A stretch of 63,741 nt of DNA, the filler included, from Albugo candida (taxonomy: Eukaryota): NCBI GenBank assembly GCA_040437565.1. It is 53 parts of 53 records of this genome, joined end to end, with 100 filler letters (N's around TTAATTAATTAA, not from the genome) between each part and the next. Parts side by side here need not be neighbours in the genome. Positions count along the whole stretch, not along the records: positions 50,991 to 52,069 come from JBDOQK010000693.1; positions 52,170 to 53,243 come from JBDOQK010000694.1; positions 53,344 to 54,415 come from JBDOQK010000695.1; positions 54,516 to 55,586 come from JBDOQK010000696.1; positions 55,687 to 56,755 come from JBDOQK010000697.1; positions 56,856 to 57,923 come from JBDOQK010000698.1; positions 58,024 to 59,091 come from JBDOQK010000699.1; positions 59,192 to 60,258 come from JBDOQK010000700.1; 45 more parts are not named here. The stretch is one strand, 5' to 3'. The notes below the pieces were generated by a model. That model did not search any database. It saw nothing but the letters and a program-made list of their open reading frames with translations, and was not told the DNA's origin. Position numbers and translations under genes: made by a program. This document shows positions 51,564 to 62,878 of this stretch, piece after piece. The first letter of the stretch is position 1, and each line of letters opens with the position of its first letter.

Positions 51564-52069
51564 TTAAGAGTCAAAATGCCATATTTTTAGTATGTTCTTG
51601 TAATAGAATTTGATCAATTGCGATTTGTCATGTGCGTCTGCTGTGTCTATTGACACGGCATAAGCATTTAGAAATGAATACCCCAGCGCCCACACATTTT
51701 GTTCGTGCGAATCTTCGATGAGGAGAGCACATTTAGTAGTACCATGGCTTTTTTTGTCGATCAAGTGGTACGCCCATATACGCTTAGTTCTCTTTCTTCA
51801 GATTCAAACTTCATAATTAAGTCGAGAAGAGGAGTCGGTATAACGCCTTCGATGATTTCTGTGCAAAGTCCATGATAGCGACCATCGCTACCAATTGTAA
51901 ATCTAGGTATCATTCTACCGATTTCATTGAAGATAGCAGGGGGAACTTTCGTGGCTTCATTACCAAGCTGAAGCTTTACAATCTGACCATTATGGGGTCT
52001 TTCGAAAAATACGAGATTTGGAACCTCAAAAGAGAATTCTGATGCTTTAATCTCCATATTTGGACCTTG
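51564..52069 (-). pseudogene. Pepsin-like (A1) C-terminal lobe, frameshifted, catalytic motif absent
   Basis: KCALLIE....VWALGYSFLNAYAVSID matches C.....WILG..FL..YY.VFD; upstream frame has KLQLGNEATKVP where IDSGTS..P is expected; frameshift near 51770. Confidence 0.55.
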
Positions 52070-53006
52070 NNNNNNNNNNNNNNNNNNNNNNNNNNNNNNN
52101 NNNNNNNNNNNNNTTAATTAATTAANNNNNNNNNNNNNNNNNNNNNNNNNNNNNNNNNNNNNNNNNNNNCATCTCATACAAGATATAGAGCAGGTTATTG
52201 TTATTATATGATGTTCAAGGTATATGATAGGATTAAGGCACAGGTGTAAAGGGTGTATTAATCTAAAACCACGTAAAGGAGTAGACTAGACTCAATTATA
52301 GTTATTATTTACTTGGGGACAAACGTTTGGTTTGAGATGAATAGCTAGATTTTAAACTTTGCAGCCTAATCAACCGTTCTCGCTTTAACTTTGCAGCATT
52401 TAACGAATACTAGTTTCTTATCATCATGACTTATTATTTTGTTTCTTTAGTTACTCGGTTATTATATTTTCACACACTCTCTTAGAGTGTTAATAAAGTA
52501 AAAGAACAATAAATAATTCTGGTAGCTCAGTCATTGATGGCAAAGCAGAGTTGATCACTGCGTATCAACTATTCCTTCGAATAGTCAATAATAATAATCA
52601 ATAGTTGATGAAACAAATTCACTTTAGAACCGCATTTTCTTAATAGGGGTAAAATAACGACATGTTTTAGGATATCAAGATTTATAAAAAGAAGACTCTT
52701 CATTTTTTTCTACATACAAAATTAGTTTTTCAGTTATATTTTATTATCCATTTAATTTTTATGCTACTATGTACAAACGTGGCTGCAAACGAAGCTTTGA
52801 AAGATTGGAAAAACGTAGTAAAAAAAATTATTTTGCCTAAAAAAGATAAAGAAAGCTCTATCATCAACAATATCAACCACGTTAACGTGTTGATTGCGCA
52901 ACTCACTGCTATTTGGTTGACACTCACCGCTATCGTTATTAATGCTGCTATTTCACACAAACGTAGTTTAGAAACCGCTGAAGAAGACGTTAGCTTTAAA
53001 CATGAA

Positions 53007-53243
53007 GTCGTGCTGTGGTCGAGGTGTATAAAGACCGTGGTACTTCAGTAACTATTCTTGGTGCAATTTCTGCCGAAGGGGTGATTGATCTGTCAATCAG
53101 AAAGCCACAGGTCGTAAAATCGAAAAAGCGCGATATCCATGGTAACCCGGTCCAGCTTGTTTCGCATGTGGAGACAAGAACGGGACACTTTATGGAATAC
53201 ATCAGTGACTTGTTGGAGGTTCTGGAGAGCAATGTTTTGTCGG
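53007..53243 (+). mobile_element. Tc1/mariner-IS630 transposase fragment
   Basis: RGTSVTILGAISAEGVIDLSIRKP..KKR..TRTGHFMEYISDLLEVL. Confidence 0.8.
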
Positions 53244-53343
53244 NNNNNNNNNNNNNNNNNNNNNNNNNNNNNNNNNNNNNNNNNNNNTTAATTAATTAAN
53301 NNNNNNNNNNNNNNNNNNNNNNNNNNNNNNNNNNNNNNNNNNN

Positions 53344-54415
53344 CAAGAATTTATTTTAAACAGGATTGAAAACTTACCGCTTGTAAGAGAAGCACATATC
53401 AAAAACATACCTCAAACAGTGAATGAATTGGCTCGTTGTTGGTCCTGGAGAAGAGAAAACAATAAGGGTGCCCCTTTACTCAAGAGATTACAATCCGAAC
53501 CTTGGTCTATTACTTCCCCCACTGTTCAAGACCATGATCAGCCAGATGTACGTCAATCCGCCTTCACTCTCCTCAGATCAGATTTAGAAAAACTTCGTGT
53601 GCGTTCTAAAAAACTTCAAAATGCAGAAAGATTAAAATTAGAAGTTACCAGAAGCAAGAAGGTGTTTACTGATATGAAGACATGTGCTTTGGAATTAGTC
53701 TTACGACATGTTTTAGATAAATTTATGATAATCGATACGAAGAAGTTATTCTTGGACTTGATCATCACAAAAGAAAAATTCCCCATATCTTATGCTAAAA
53801 TCAAACAACCCATGTGCTTTATTATGATGTATGAAAAGTTAAATGCACATCAATATGCTACATTTGATCAATTCAAACATGACGTAACACTTATTTGGGA
53901 AAACATCTTGGCTCTTAACGAAAATGGTACACTTTCTTACAAGGTACCAGCTTTAGAATTAAAATTCTATTCTGAATACATATTCGCTAAAGCAGAAAAA
54001 AAATTGTCTTATTATTATGGAAAAAAAGACAGTATGTCGGATGTGTCTACCAATGAACCAGAAAAAGGAGAATCTAGTAAGGAAGTATATGAAATTATGG
54101 AAGCAAAAATTGAGTATAAAGTAGAAGAAAATATGGAAACAGAAACTGTAAATGAAGTGCGACCTGTAAGTAAAGTGCAACCTGTAAATGAAGCAGCGGA
54201 AGTTATGAAAGTAGAGGTTGTAAATGAAATAGAAGAAACAATGAAAGCAGAACATGTAGATGAAGTACAACCTGTAGATGAAGCACAACCTGTAGATGAA
54301 GTACAACCTGTAAGTGAAGTACAACCTGTAAGTGAAGTACAACCTGTATGTGAAGTACAACCTGTATGTGAAGTACAACCTGTATGTGAAGTACAACCTG
54401 TATGTGAAGTACAAC
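53344..54415 (+). CDS. Divergent BRPF1/Nto1-like protein: post-PHD helices, bromodomain, acidic 6-aa repeats (partial)
   Basis: ARCWSWRRENNKGAPLLKRLQSEPW..LRSDLEKLR; IKQPMCF..M.EKL..HQYATFDQFKHDVTLIWEN...N..GT..YK; 18-bp EVQPVx repeats from ~54259. Confidence 0.8.
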
Positions 54416-54689
54416 NNNNNNNNNNNNNNNNNNNNNNNNNNNNNNNNNNNNNNNNNNNNTTAATTAATTAANNNNNNNNNNNNNNNNNNNNNNNNNNNNN
54501 NNNNNNNNNNNNNNNACACCTTTCTGTTACTACAGTTTGGTGGTTATCTACTCTATTCTAATCACTAGTATGTAACGCTCTAAAGAGCCCGGTCCAACTC
54601 CTGTACAGTTATTTTCTGGTGTAGTTGCCAGCGGTCTTGACACGTCCATATCTTCATTAAGTAGGTTGATATTTACGTGGAGGAATCTT

Positions 54690-54762
54690 TGCCACCGCCG
54701 GGATTCGAACCGGGGTACACACGGTCGGAACACATGTGTACTATCCGCTAGGCCCCCCGACG
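54690..54762 (-). mobile_element. tRNA-like element (SINE head or tRNA pseudogene)
   Basis: Minus strand: A box GGCCTAGCGG, B box GGTTCGAATCCC with intact T stem; acceptor stem poorly paired. Confidence 0.65.
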
Positions 54763-54850
54763 GGGTCCGTACCCAGCTCAGTCGGTTCAGCACTTGAGCG
54801 CACGGACACCCTGCCGGAGGTCGTTAATTCGATTCCCGGCAGTGTGGGCA
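54763..54850 (+). mobile_element. Second tRNA-like element, degenerate
   Basis: CAGCTCAGTCGGTTCAGC (A box/D arm) and GAGGTCGTTAATTCGATTCCC (variable loop + B-box-like). Confidence 0.5.
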
Positions 54851-55686
54851 GCGGTTTGAGCCCACTCAAGCAATAAGCTTGGAAAATATCTGCCTCCCTA
54901 GGTTTGAGATCAGACTTAAGTGATATTCATACGGTTAGGGACTCATGATAGGATAAGGAAGGTAGTTAAAAAAACAGATAAACAGTGTAATGAAATCCTT
55001 GACAATCTGTATCTTTCGGTTGAACATTCTATGTTGATCTTGAATTTTCACACATTGAATCGGGGAGACGAGAAACCAATTCACATGTATGCCAACAGCT
55101 TCTTGCTATTTCCTTCACATATGCCGCCTGAGAAAAGAATAAGAGACTGCTTCGACGTGAAGTCCGTCGATAATTTACCGCTTTTAGAATCGTGTCGAGG
55201 GCGGCACTTTCAAATACACTTTCATACACTCTGAGAGATCAGGATAGTGACGATAACTGGCCTGATGAGATGGTTGATTTGATGCTAATTTTCTTCAAAC
55301 GAGATGAAACGGTAGGTTTGCTGCATGCAGCGATATGAGGTGAACCAATTCTTTTCTAGCGGAGACGAAATTTCCACATTAATGCTTTTCTCAGACCGTT
55401 ATGTCCATGATAGCTCCTTGCGATTGTTTATGCACCTGCGCGCATTTTGTTTCGTTGCATTAATGTCTTCACAACCATTTTTCCTCTTACATTTGCTGAT
55501 TTTCCCAAGGTTTTGAATAAACAATCGAGAACGCGTATTACTTTCTTGGATGTACTGGATGATAGGGTCTTCAGGTACAATACATTNNNNNNNNNNNNNN
55601 NNNNNNNNNNNNNNNNNNNNNNNNNNNNNNTTAATTAATTAANNNNNNNNNNNNNNNNNNNNNNNNNNNNNNNNNNNNNNNNNNNN

Positions 55687-56345
55687 GCTTTTGATCCTTT
55701 TATCCGATCCATCCACAATAACCCTCACTTTCAAGGGTACAACTTCGCTTCTGAAGCTCCTCCTCCATCTTCTGATGCTATCTTTGATGACCTAGCCGAA
55801 AGTCTGGATCGATTGTTCCATTTACGTGATGACTCTCCTTTAACTTCTACCAGTAGCAATTCAGCTGTTCCCTCCTTGTTGAGCACAAAAATCTTAGCTT
55901 ATGCTGATGATACTCTCGTTTACATACATAATGAATCCGATTTTAATCTCTTACAAGAGGTATTATCCATTTACGCAAAAGGATCTAACGCTTTAATCAA
56001 TTACAGTAAAACAGTGGCAGTCTCCCTATCAGGCACAGTTCAAGCAGATTGGCAAGAACTACTATCCACCTATAATATTCATACTTGGCATGATCGTACC
56101 TCCACCGCTCCTTTATGTTATCTAGGCTTTCCTATTTGTTCTACTGTTCAACAACGTAACATTGCTTTCCAAACCCTTAAAGAATCTATTCGTACTGCTA
56201 CTTATAATCACAGCCAACGTAACTTGTCCATCAGAGGTAGGGCCACTGTACTCAATACTCTTATTTATTCAAAACTCTGGCATGTCATGCGAGTAACTAC
56301 GTTCACGCAAGCTCAATTACTCTCTTTGAGAGGAATTGGGGCATT
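55687..56345 (+). mobile_element. L1/Tx1-clade reverse transcriptase fragment, 3' end replaced by unrelated DNA
   Basis: AFDPFIRSI..KILAYADDTLVY..SNALINYSKT..CYLGFP..LSIRGRATVLNTLIYSKLWHVMRV. Confidence 0.92.
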
Positions 56346-58023
56346 GATGTGTCCGAGCACGTCCTCACACATAATAAAATAGACTTCACAAAAACTGCAA
56401 ATAGAAATTATTACATAATGTTCCAGAATTATAAATGTTTCTAATAACGCATGATCAGTAAATGACAAAGCCTTGTAGTAAACGCATGCTTCAAAATATA
56501 GTCTTATCTTCCTACCCATGATTATATTATATGTTATAGGTCAAATACATGAAACAACATAATAGCCAATTATAATTACATTTGTATTCATGCAACAACC
56601 CAAACCCTAGTTAATACACAATTCATTTAAATAGACAACACAGCTCATTTTAATAAAGTAATTGATCATCTTTTTACACTCTGGTTAATCCAACTGTCTA
56701 TTTTGATTTTTATTTTTTTATATTTTGTTTTATTTTTATCTTCGGATTCCTCATTNNNNNNNNNNNNNNNNNNNNNNNNNNNNNNNNNNNNNNNNNNNNT
56801 TAATTAATTAANNNNNNNNNNNNNNNNNNNNNNNNNNNNNNNNNNNNNNNNNNNNAGTCGCACCTATCTAGACCTCACTATTTTTAATGCAGTATTTTTC
56901 TTTTGTAAACACATCGCCCATCTCTCAGATATGTTACTTTTTGTTTTCGTCCTCATCGATATGCTGTCATAATACTCCTACTAAAAGACACAAGTGGTTA
57001 AAGTAAGAAAGTCGTTGTATCGATCAGACTTTGGTAGTGCGCGCAAATCAAGTTTTGGCATTTCTAAATAAGTCCAACATAGCTGTGTTTAGCCTCCAGT
57101 GTTTCCAGTCTCTATCTATTCCAATTTGCGATCGTAATTCAGATCAAAAGGATGTATGGATGTATAGGGCATGCTTCATAACACTAACTACATATATCCA
57201 TGCGTGTTCCGAAAGATCATATAATGTACCGTAATTAAACCCGATCCAATAGTTCCTCTGTCCTTCTGCATGTTGCAAAAATAATTGTATGCCTTCTTTT
57301 CAATGTTCCCAGTACAATTTTATCTCGTTTTTTATGAAAACAAGTGAAAGCTGTTTATAAAGTAAATCTATAAAAAAGCTGTACGACAGAGACAAAAATT
57401 GTGGACGCAACGTTTAATGTATATTCGGGCCATCTCTATCACTTTTCCTATCAAAGCTCGTTCATTGCATTCCCTCTCTATTGCCTTGGAAAATAGTAAT
57501 AAAATTGTTTTCAAAAAGCAATGGAGTTTTTTGTTTAATAACAAACAAGTATGTACATAACGTTGATCAAGAGGTTGTTTATGTCTTATAACATCATTGT
57601 TTGTTGTGCAGAAAATCACATGTAACATGTTACTTGGATCTAGTGATAAAAATCATTCTTTTTGTATACCTTGAACACATTAGCAAGTAGTAACAAAAAA
57701 TTGAACTAATACTTTTGTTTTTTTATTCCGGGTATAATTTTCTTTTCAAATTGATTAAATGTTCGTTGTACTTGTTGGGTTAACGTTTCCCAAGGCAGTG
57801 TAATAACAGAAGGCTTAGAAAAGATGAGAAAATCATAACCTAAATAACCAAGTCAGAGAAAAAAAAATATATTAATGGCAGTTGGTTTATTCCTTACCAG
57901 TTACTTTCAAGTTTGGGTATATGNNNNNNNNNNNNNNNNNNNNNNNNNNNNNNNNNNNNNNNNNNNNTTAATTAATTAANNNNNNNNNNNNNNNNNNNNN
58001 NNNNNNNNNNNNNNNNNNNNNNN

Positions 58024-58831
58024 AAAACATTCACATATGTGTTAGAGGAACGGCATTCTGGATGGACCAGTGCTTGGTATATTATGGGAGTGATTGGCAC
58101 AGCCTTTGTGATTCTAGCTTCCTACTTGTCATGATCTCCACTTCGCCGCCCGGTAGGTCAGACTTTTACGGGTTAGTTTTAGGTGGTCTTATCCTAAGCA
58201 CATGTCCGTTTGGTAAAACATTCACATATGTGTTAGAGGAACGGCATTCTGGATGGACCAGTGCTTGGTATATTATGGGAGTGATTGGCACAGCCTTTGT
58301 GATTCTAGCTTCCTACTTGTCATGATCTCCACTTCGCCGCCCGGTAGGTCAGACTTTTACGGGTTAGTTTTAGGTGGTCTTATCCTAAGCACATGTCCGT
58401 TTGGTAAAACATTCACATATGTGTTAGAGGAACGGCATTCTGGATGGACCAGTGCTTGGTATATTATGGGAGTGATTGGCACAGCCTTTGTGATTCTAGC
58501 TTCCTACTTGTCATGATCTCCACTTCGCCGCCCGGTAGGTCAGACTTTTACGGGTTAGTTTTAGGTGGTCTTATCCTAAGCACATGTCCGTTTGGTAAAA
58601 CATTCACATATGTGTTAGAGGAACGGCATTCTGGATGGACCAGTGCTTGGTATATTATGGGAGTGATTGGCACAGCCTTTGTGATTCTAGCTTCCTACTT
58701 GTCATGATCTCCACTTCGCCGCCCGGTAGGTCAGACTTTTACGGGTTAGTTTTAGGTGGTCTTATCCTAAGCACATGTCCGTTTGGTAAAACATTCACAT
58801 ATGTGTTAGAGGAACGGCATTCTGGATGGAC
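58024..58831. repeat. Perfect 191-bp tandem repeat (~4.2 copies) plus a diverged partial copy at ~58983-59091
   Basis: Identical ORFs recur at 58062, 58253, 58444, 58635. Confidence 0.98.
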
Positions 58832-59191
58832 TAGTGTCAATTTGCTTTGGTTCATAGGATTGTTCAAATAAAGGTACGATCATAGTGTTTATATGTAATT
58901 ATTTTGTTTCTAATGCTTTTCTTTTTTTTTTATTACCCATGCCTACCCATGAACTACATGTCTGGTTAAACTCTGCTTCCAAGCACAGCCTTTGTGATTC
59001 TAGCTTCCTACTTGTCACGATCTCCACTTCGCCGCCCGGTAGGTCAGGCTTTTACGGGTTAGTTTTAGGTGGTCTTATCCTAAGCACATGTNNNNNNNNN
59101 NNNNNNNNNNNNNNNNNNNNNNNNNNNNNNNNNNNTTAATTAATTAANNNNNNNNNNNNNNNNNNNNNNNNNNNNNNNNNNNNNNNNNNNN

Positions 59192-59615
59192 ATAGTAGTA
59201 AGCGGCTACAATTCATTAGGCTATTATTAATCAGGATAGTAGTAAGCGGCTATAATTCATTAGGCTGTTATTAATTAGGATGTTCTTAATTAGGATAGTA
59301 GTAAGCGGATATAATTCATTAGGCTATTATTAATTAGGATAGTAGTAAGCGGATATAATTCATTAGGCTATTATTAATTAGGATAGTAGTAAGCGGATGT
59401 AATTAAGTGGATATAATTAACTGGATATAATTAAGTGGATGTTATTAATTAGGATATAATTAAGTGGATGTTTTTCAGCGGATAAATTTCAGCGGATGTT
59501 TTTCAGAGGACAAACTCAGCGGATGTTTTTCAGAGGATAGATTTCAGCGGATGTTTTTTAGAGGATAAACTCAGCGGATTTTTTTTAAAGGATAAACTCA
59601 GCGGGTGTTTTTCAT
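59192..59615. repeat. 14-15 bp GGAT-cored minisatellite with 44-bp and 28-bp higher-order units
   Basis: ATAGTAGTAAGCGG at 59192, 59236, 59295, 59339, 59383; then (CAGCGGATGTTTTT-CAGAGGATAAACT)n. Confidence 0.92.
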
Positions 59616-59989
59616 GGCATGTTACATAGCCCGCAACATGTGAGTCTAGAAAATTTTAAGTTTTCATTGGATGTTACACCGTTCGTCACATGTGAGCCTG
59701 GATCTTTTGTTGTTTTATTTGGTAAAATGGAAAGTGAATATGTCTGGGTCCTTAGTTGCTGTGAATATTTCAAGCCCTAGCCTTTACGCATTGTCTTATG
59801 GGCGCCGCTGTATTTTTAATCGTGATTGGTGGAATACGATGCACTGCCTTACATTGTTTCTTCACCCCGAATGTCAGCATCCGATTGTCGGAACCACTTT
59901 CCGATCTTATGATCGACTGATGCTATTGCGAGACTCCCCCTCGACGCAAAATTCTTGACAATTGATTTCATAAAAACTCGTTGCAATTG

Positions 59990-60258
59990 CTGTGTCGAAA
60001 CAGCTTTTGTTTTGAAATCAGACAATTGATCTTTTGGTTTAATTTTATTGAGAAATTGTCTTTTAAGACAAAGGTTAGCAACTTCTCCAGCCTTGGATTG
60101 ATTGTATTTCTCGACCATTCTCGATATGCTTGCTTTCTGACTGATACACATAACTTTCTCTAATCGATCATAGCGTACTTCAGTACCAACTGCGAATCGA
60201 ACATTGCCAAGTTTCTTGAGCCTCAAATGTCTTGATAACGTATTGACAATTCTCCAAT
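59990..60258 (-). mobile_element. Ty1/copia reverse transcriptase remnant
   Basis: HLRLKKLGNVRFAVGTEVRYDR...MCISQKASISRMVEKYNQ matches the RVT_2 C-terminal LG....LG.E....ISQ..YI..ML.KF pattern. Confidence 0.7.
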
Positions 60259-60559
60259 NNNNNNNNNNNNNNNNNNNNNNNNNNNNNNNNNNNNNNNNNN
60301 NNTTAATTAATTAANNNNNNNNNNNNNNNNNNNNNNNNNNNNNNNNNNNNNNNNNNNNAGTGGTTGAAATTTATTTCTCTACTCACGCTACTATACCTTT
60401 CTTTCAATATACTGCGGAATTCCAAGTGTTTTACTCTATTTCTGTTGTGTATTGTTTAAATCTGTGTAATAATTAGGTACATTACTTGGGTAAAGAAGTC
60501 AGTTTAATTAACCTATATTTCGCGTAAATTATAGTGTTGTATCCTTAACGACATGTTTT

Positions 60560-60811
60560 ACTAAAGACGAAGCAGCACCAAAACAATTGGATATAGAAGC
60601 AAAAGCCTCTTGTGAAGCAAAGGATAACCTGGACTTTCTATTAACAATCTTACCTAGTAACATGACTCAATACCGTCTTGGATGGAATCTCTTGATTACT
60701 GGTGCTACATGTAATATTTCGTGTTTATATTTAGATGCTAATGGTTTATATGTAAATATACCTAAGTATGACGACTTCAGTCTTCCTGCGACCATCCTCC
60801 GGCCCTATTGA
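60560..60811 (+). pseudogene. Degenerate C-terminus of a Mucorales multicopy family (PD-(D/E)XK-like)
   Basis: LDIEAK..LLITGATCNISCLYLDANGLYV....DDFSLPAT. Confidence 0.35.
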
Positions 60812-61521
60812 TGCTTTAAACCGAAAATTCTCTATTTACCTTCTCTATAATATCCGATGTGAAATTTGACTTGTTCTATTTCTTATTCTTTTATTTAATC
60901 CCATTTGTTTATATTCCCACATACATTGATTAAAAATAGCAAAGCTGTATTTATGAACAATATGGAATACGGAGCTGTATGCTGAATAAATAGTTTTTGC
61001 CCTAAATATAACACTTTCATCGAAGCAGTACTAGGAAAAAACAAACTGCATAAAAACTGATCCAACGCATATTTTCGTAAAAGAAAAAATATTAGTTTTG
61101 AACAAGCTGAAACTAATCAAATTTAGTTACTAATATTATGGACAGTAGACCACAATACACGAAAACTTAAGCCTTTTAATGCGATTCTTAGTTTTGTACC
61201 TTTTTTGGGAAGATCTAACGAGCGACCGAGTTTTTTGAAAACTATGTATTTCGCAAATTTTGCAACTTATTAAAGCACCTGTAATATGATTCAGTATGCA
61301 ACAAAACAAAAAAATCCATAACTTATTAAATAGCATCTGCTGTAAAAGCTCAGCAGGTTTATATATTATATATAATGGCTTTAAGGCCAATCAACACTCA
61401 ATTGCATTTTCTTGATCTGCCNNNNNNNNNNNNNNNNNNNNNNNNNNNNNNNNNNNNNNNNNNNNTTAATTAATTAANNNNNNNNNNNNNNNNNNNNNNN
61501 NNNNNNNNNNNNNNNNNNNNN

Positions 61522-61902
61522 GCCAAGGATCGTGCGGGGGACCGGCAACCCCGCCCGAACCAGTTGCTGCAGGCTGTGCAGCTTGTCCGCGACGAGCTCG
61601 ATCGCGACGGGGCCGTTCACCAGCCGGATGTTGCGCCGCTCGAAATGGCGCAGCAGCGCCAGGGTGAAATAATCGGTTTCGGCACCGCTGCGACACAGCA
61701 CGAAATCGGGACGCGCGATCGGGCTTCCCTGATATTTTACCGCCCAATCCTCGCCAGCCCCGACGACCAGATCGAAATGATGCGGGTGGAGGATCTGCAG
61801 GTCGATGCCCATCGCGGCGGCAGCTTCCTGAAACCGGAAGATCTCGGGCACTTCGGGCAGCGCCGGGTCGAGCGCGCGGTGAAACAGGATCCAGCCCAAC
61901 AT
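61522..61902 (-). CDS. RimK-family ATP-grasp alpha-L-glutamate ligase, 3'-truncated (bacterial)
   Basis: ATG at 61902 with AGAGGA RBS upstream; PDFVLCRSGAETDYFTLALLRHFE..LVNGP.AIE..ADKLHSLQQL..AGLPVPRT. Confidence 0.9.
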
Positions 61903-62199
61903 TGTCGCGGTTCCTCTCATAGCGCGCGCCGAAGCCGGCGGTCCTGCCGGTTGCCCGCCGAACACACGCTGCCGACCGTCTTGTCGCTCAAGGTGGCGCT
62001 TGGCAACCGGGATGGGGGGCATTGTCCCGCTCGTGCGCCTGACACAGGCGCTTCCAGGCCGCGACCCCATGGTGCCTGCTCCGCGCCTGCGAAGCGCCAC
62101 GGCCAGAAACGCCGGCGCGGAAAGACAGGATCGACTGCACGGCGGCCAAATGCAGGCGAATGCAGAGAAGGGGGTAAGCCGACCTGCGTGGGTCGCGGC

Positions 62200-62580
62200 T
62201 CAGGCGCGTGCTACGGTCGGCTGGATGCGCTCGATCCCGAACCGCTCAAGCATGCCGCTTTCGGGCGTCGCGATTCGTGCGTGCGCGCGCATCAGCGCCT
62301 CCGCGCGGACACCGTCGCCGGCGCGGATCGCGCCGATCACCTGATGATGCTGGCGATGCGCGGTTTCGAGATGGCGGTAGGTGCCGACCGGATCGTTCCA
62401 GTCGAACGCGAGCGCGGCGGCCGAGGCGAGCGGCAGATGGTTGTTGCGCTGGAGCGCGTGGCCGATCGCCGGGTTGCCGCACGCGTCGAGCAGCTGTGCG
62501 TGGAAAGCGAGGTTATAGGCATGGAACCGCTCCAGATCGGGCTCGACGAGATGCCCCTTGGCAAAGATCGCGTCGCCGCT
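62200..62580 (-). CDS. GntR-family regulator, FCD domain (VanR-like), 5'-truncated (bacterial; absent from ORF track)
   Basis: SGDAIFAKGHL..LERFHAYNLAFHAQLLDACGNPAI..NNHLPLAS..AHRQHHQVIGAIRAGDGVRAEALMRAHA; TGA at 62200-62202; high GC at third positions. Confidence 0.9.
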   Translation of the reverse strand, partial: SGDAIFAKGHLVEPDLERFHAYNLAFHAQLLDACGNPAIGHALQRNNHLPLASAAALAFDWNDPVGTYRHLETAHRQHHQVIGAIRAGDGVRAEALMRAHARIATPESGMLERFGIERIQPTVARA

Positions 62581-62878
62581 CNNNNNNNNNNNNNNNNNNN
62601 NNNNNNNNNNNNNNNNNNNNNNNNNTTAATTAATTAANNNNNNNNNNNNNNNNNNNNNNNNNNNNNNNNNNNNNNNNNNNNCACTCTAGATTACTACGTT
62701 TATTTCTTTTGGTGCTGTTTGATTCTATATTCCCAATAATAAAGTAAGTATAAGTCATTATTATGGATTCCTGTCAACAAGTGCATTACGCCACCTAATA
62801 AAAGTAAAAAAGGTAGAGAGTTAAGAAACTAACTTAATATTGCTACTAATAGGAAGACATTTTTTTAAATACTCTCAA

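Noticed and set aside
53959..54414. (YRLYFT)n ORF
   Set aside because: Antisense of the EVQPVx repeat in the bromodomain gene
58062..58871. Four identical 78-87 aa genes
   Set aside because: Produced by a 191-bp tandem repeat that shifts frame each copy
61564..62637. 357-aa plus-strand ORF and other overlapping ORFs
   Set aside because: Antisense shadows of the minus-strand RimK-like and GntR genes in high-GC DNA
1145..62681. Regularly spaced TTAATTAATTAA as a biological repeat or CRISPR-like array
   Set aside because: Always centred in exactly 44+44 N; a synthetic six-frame-stop linker
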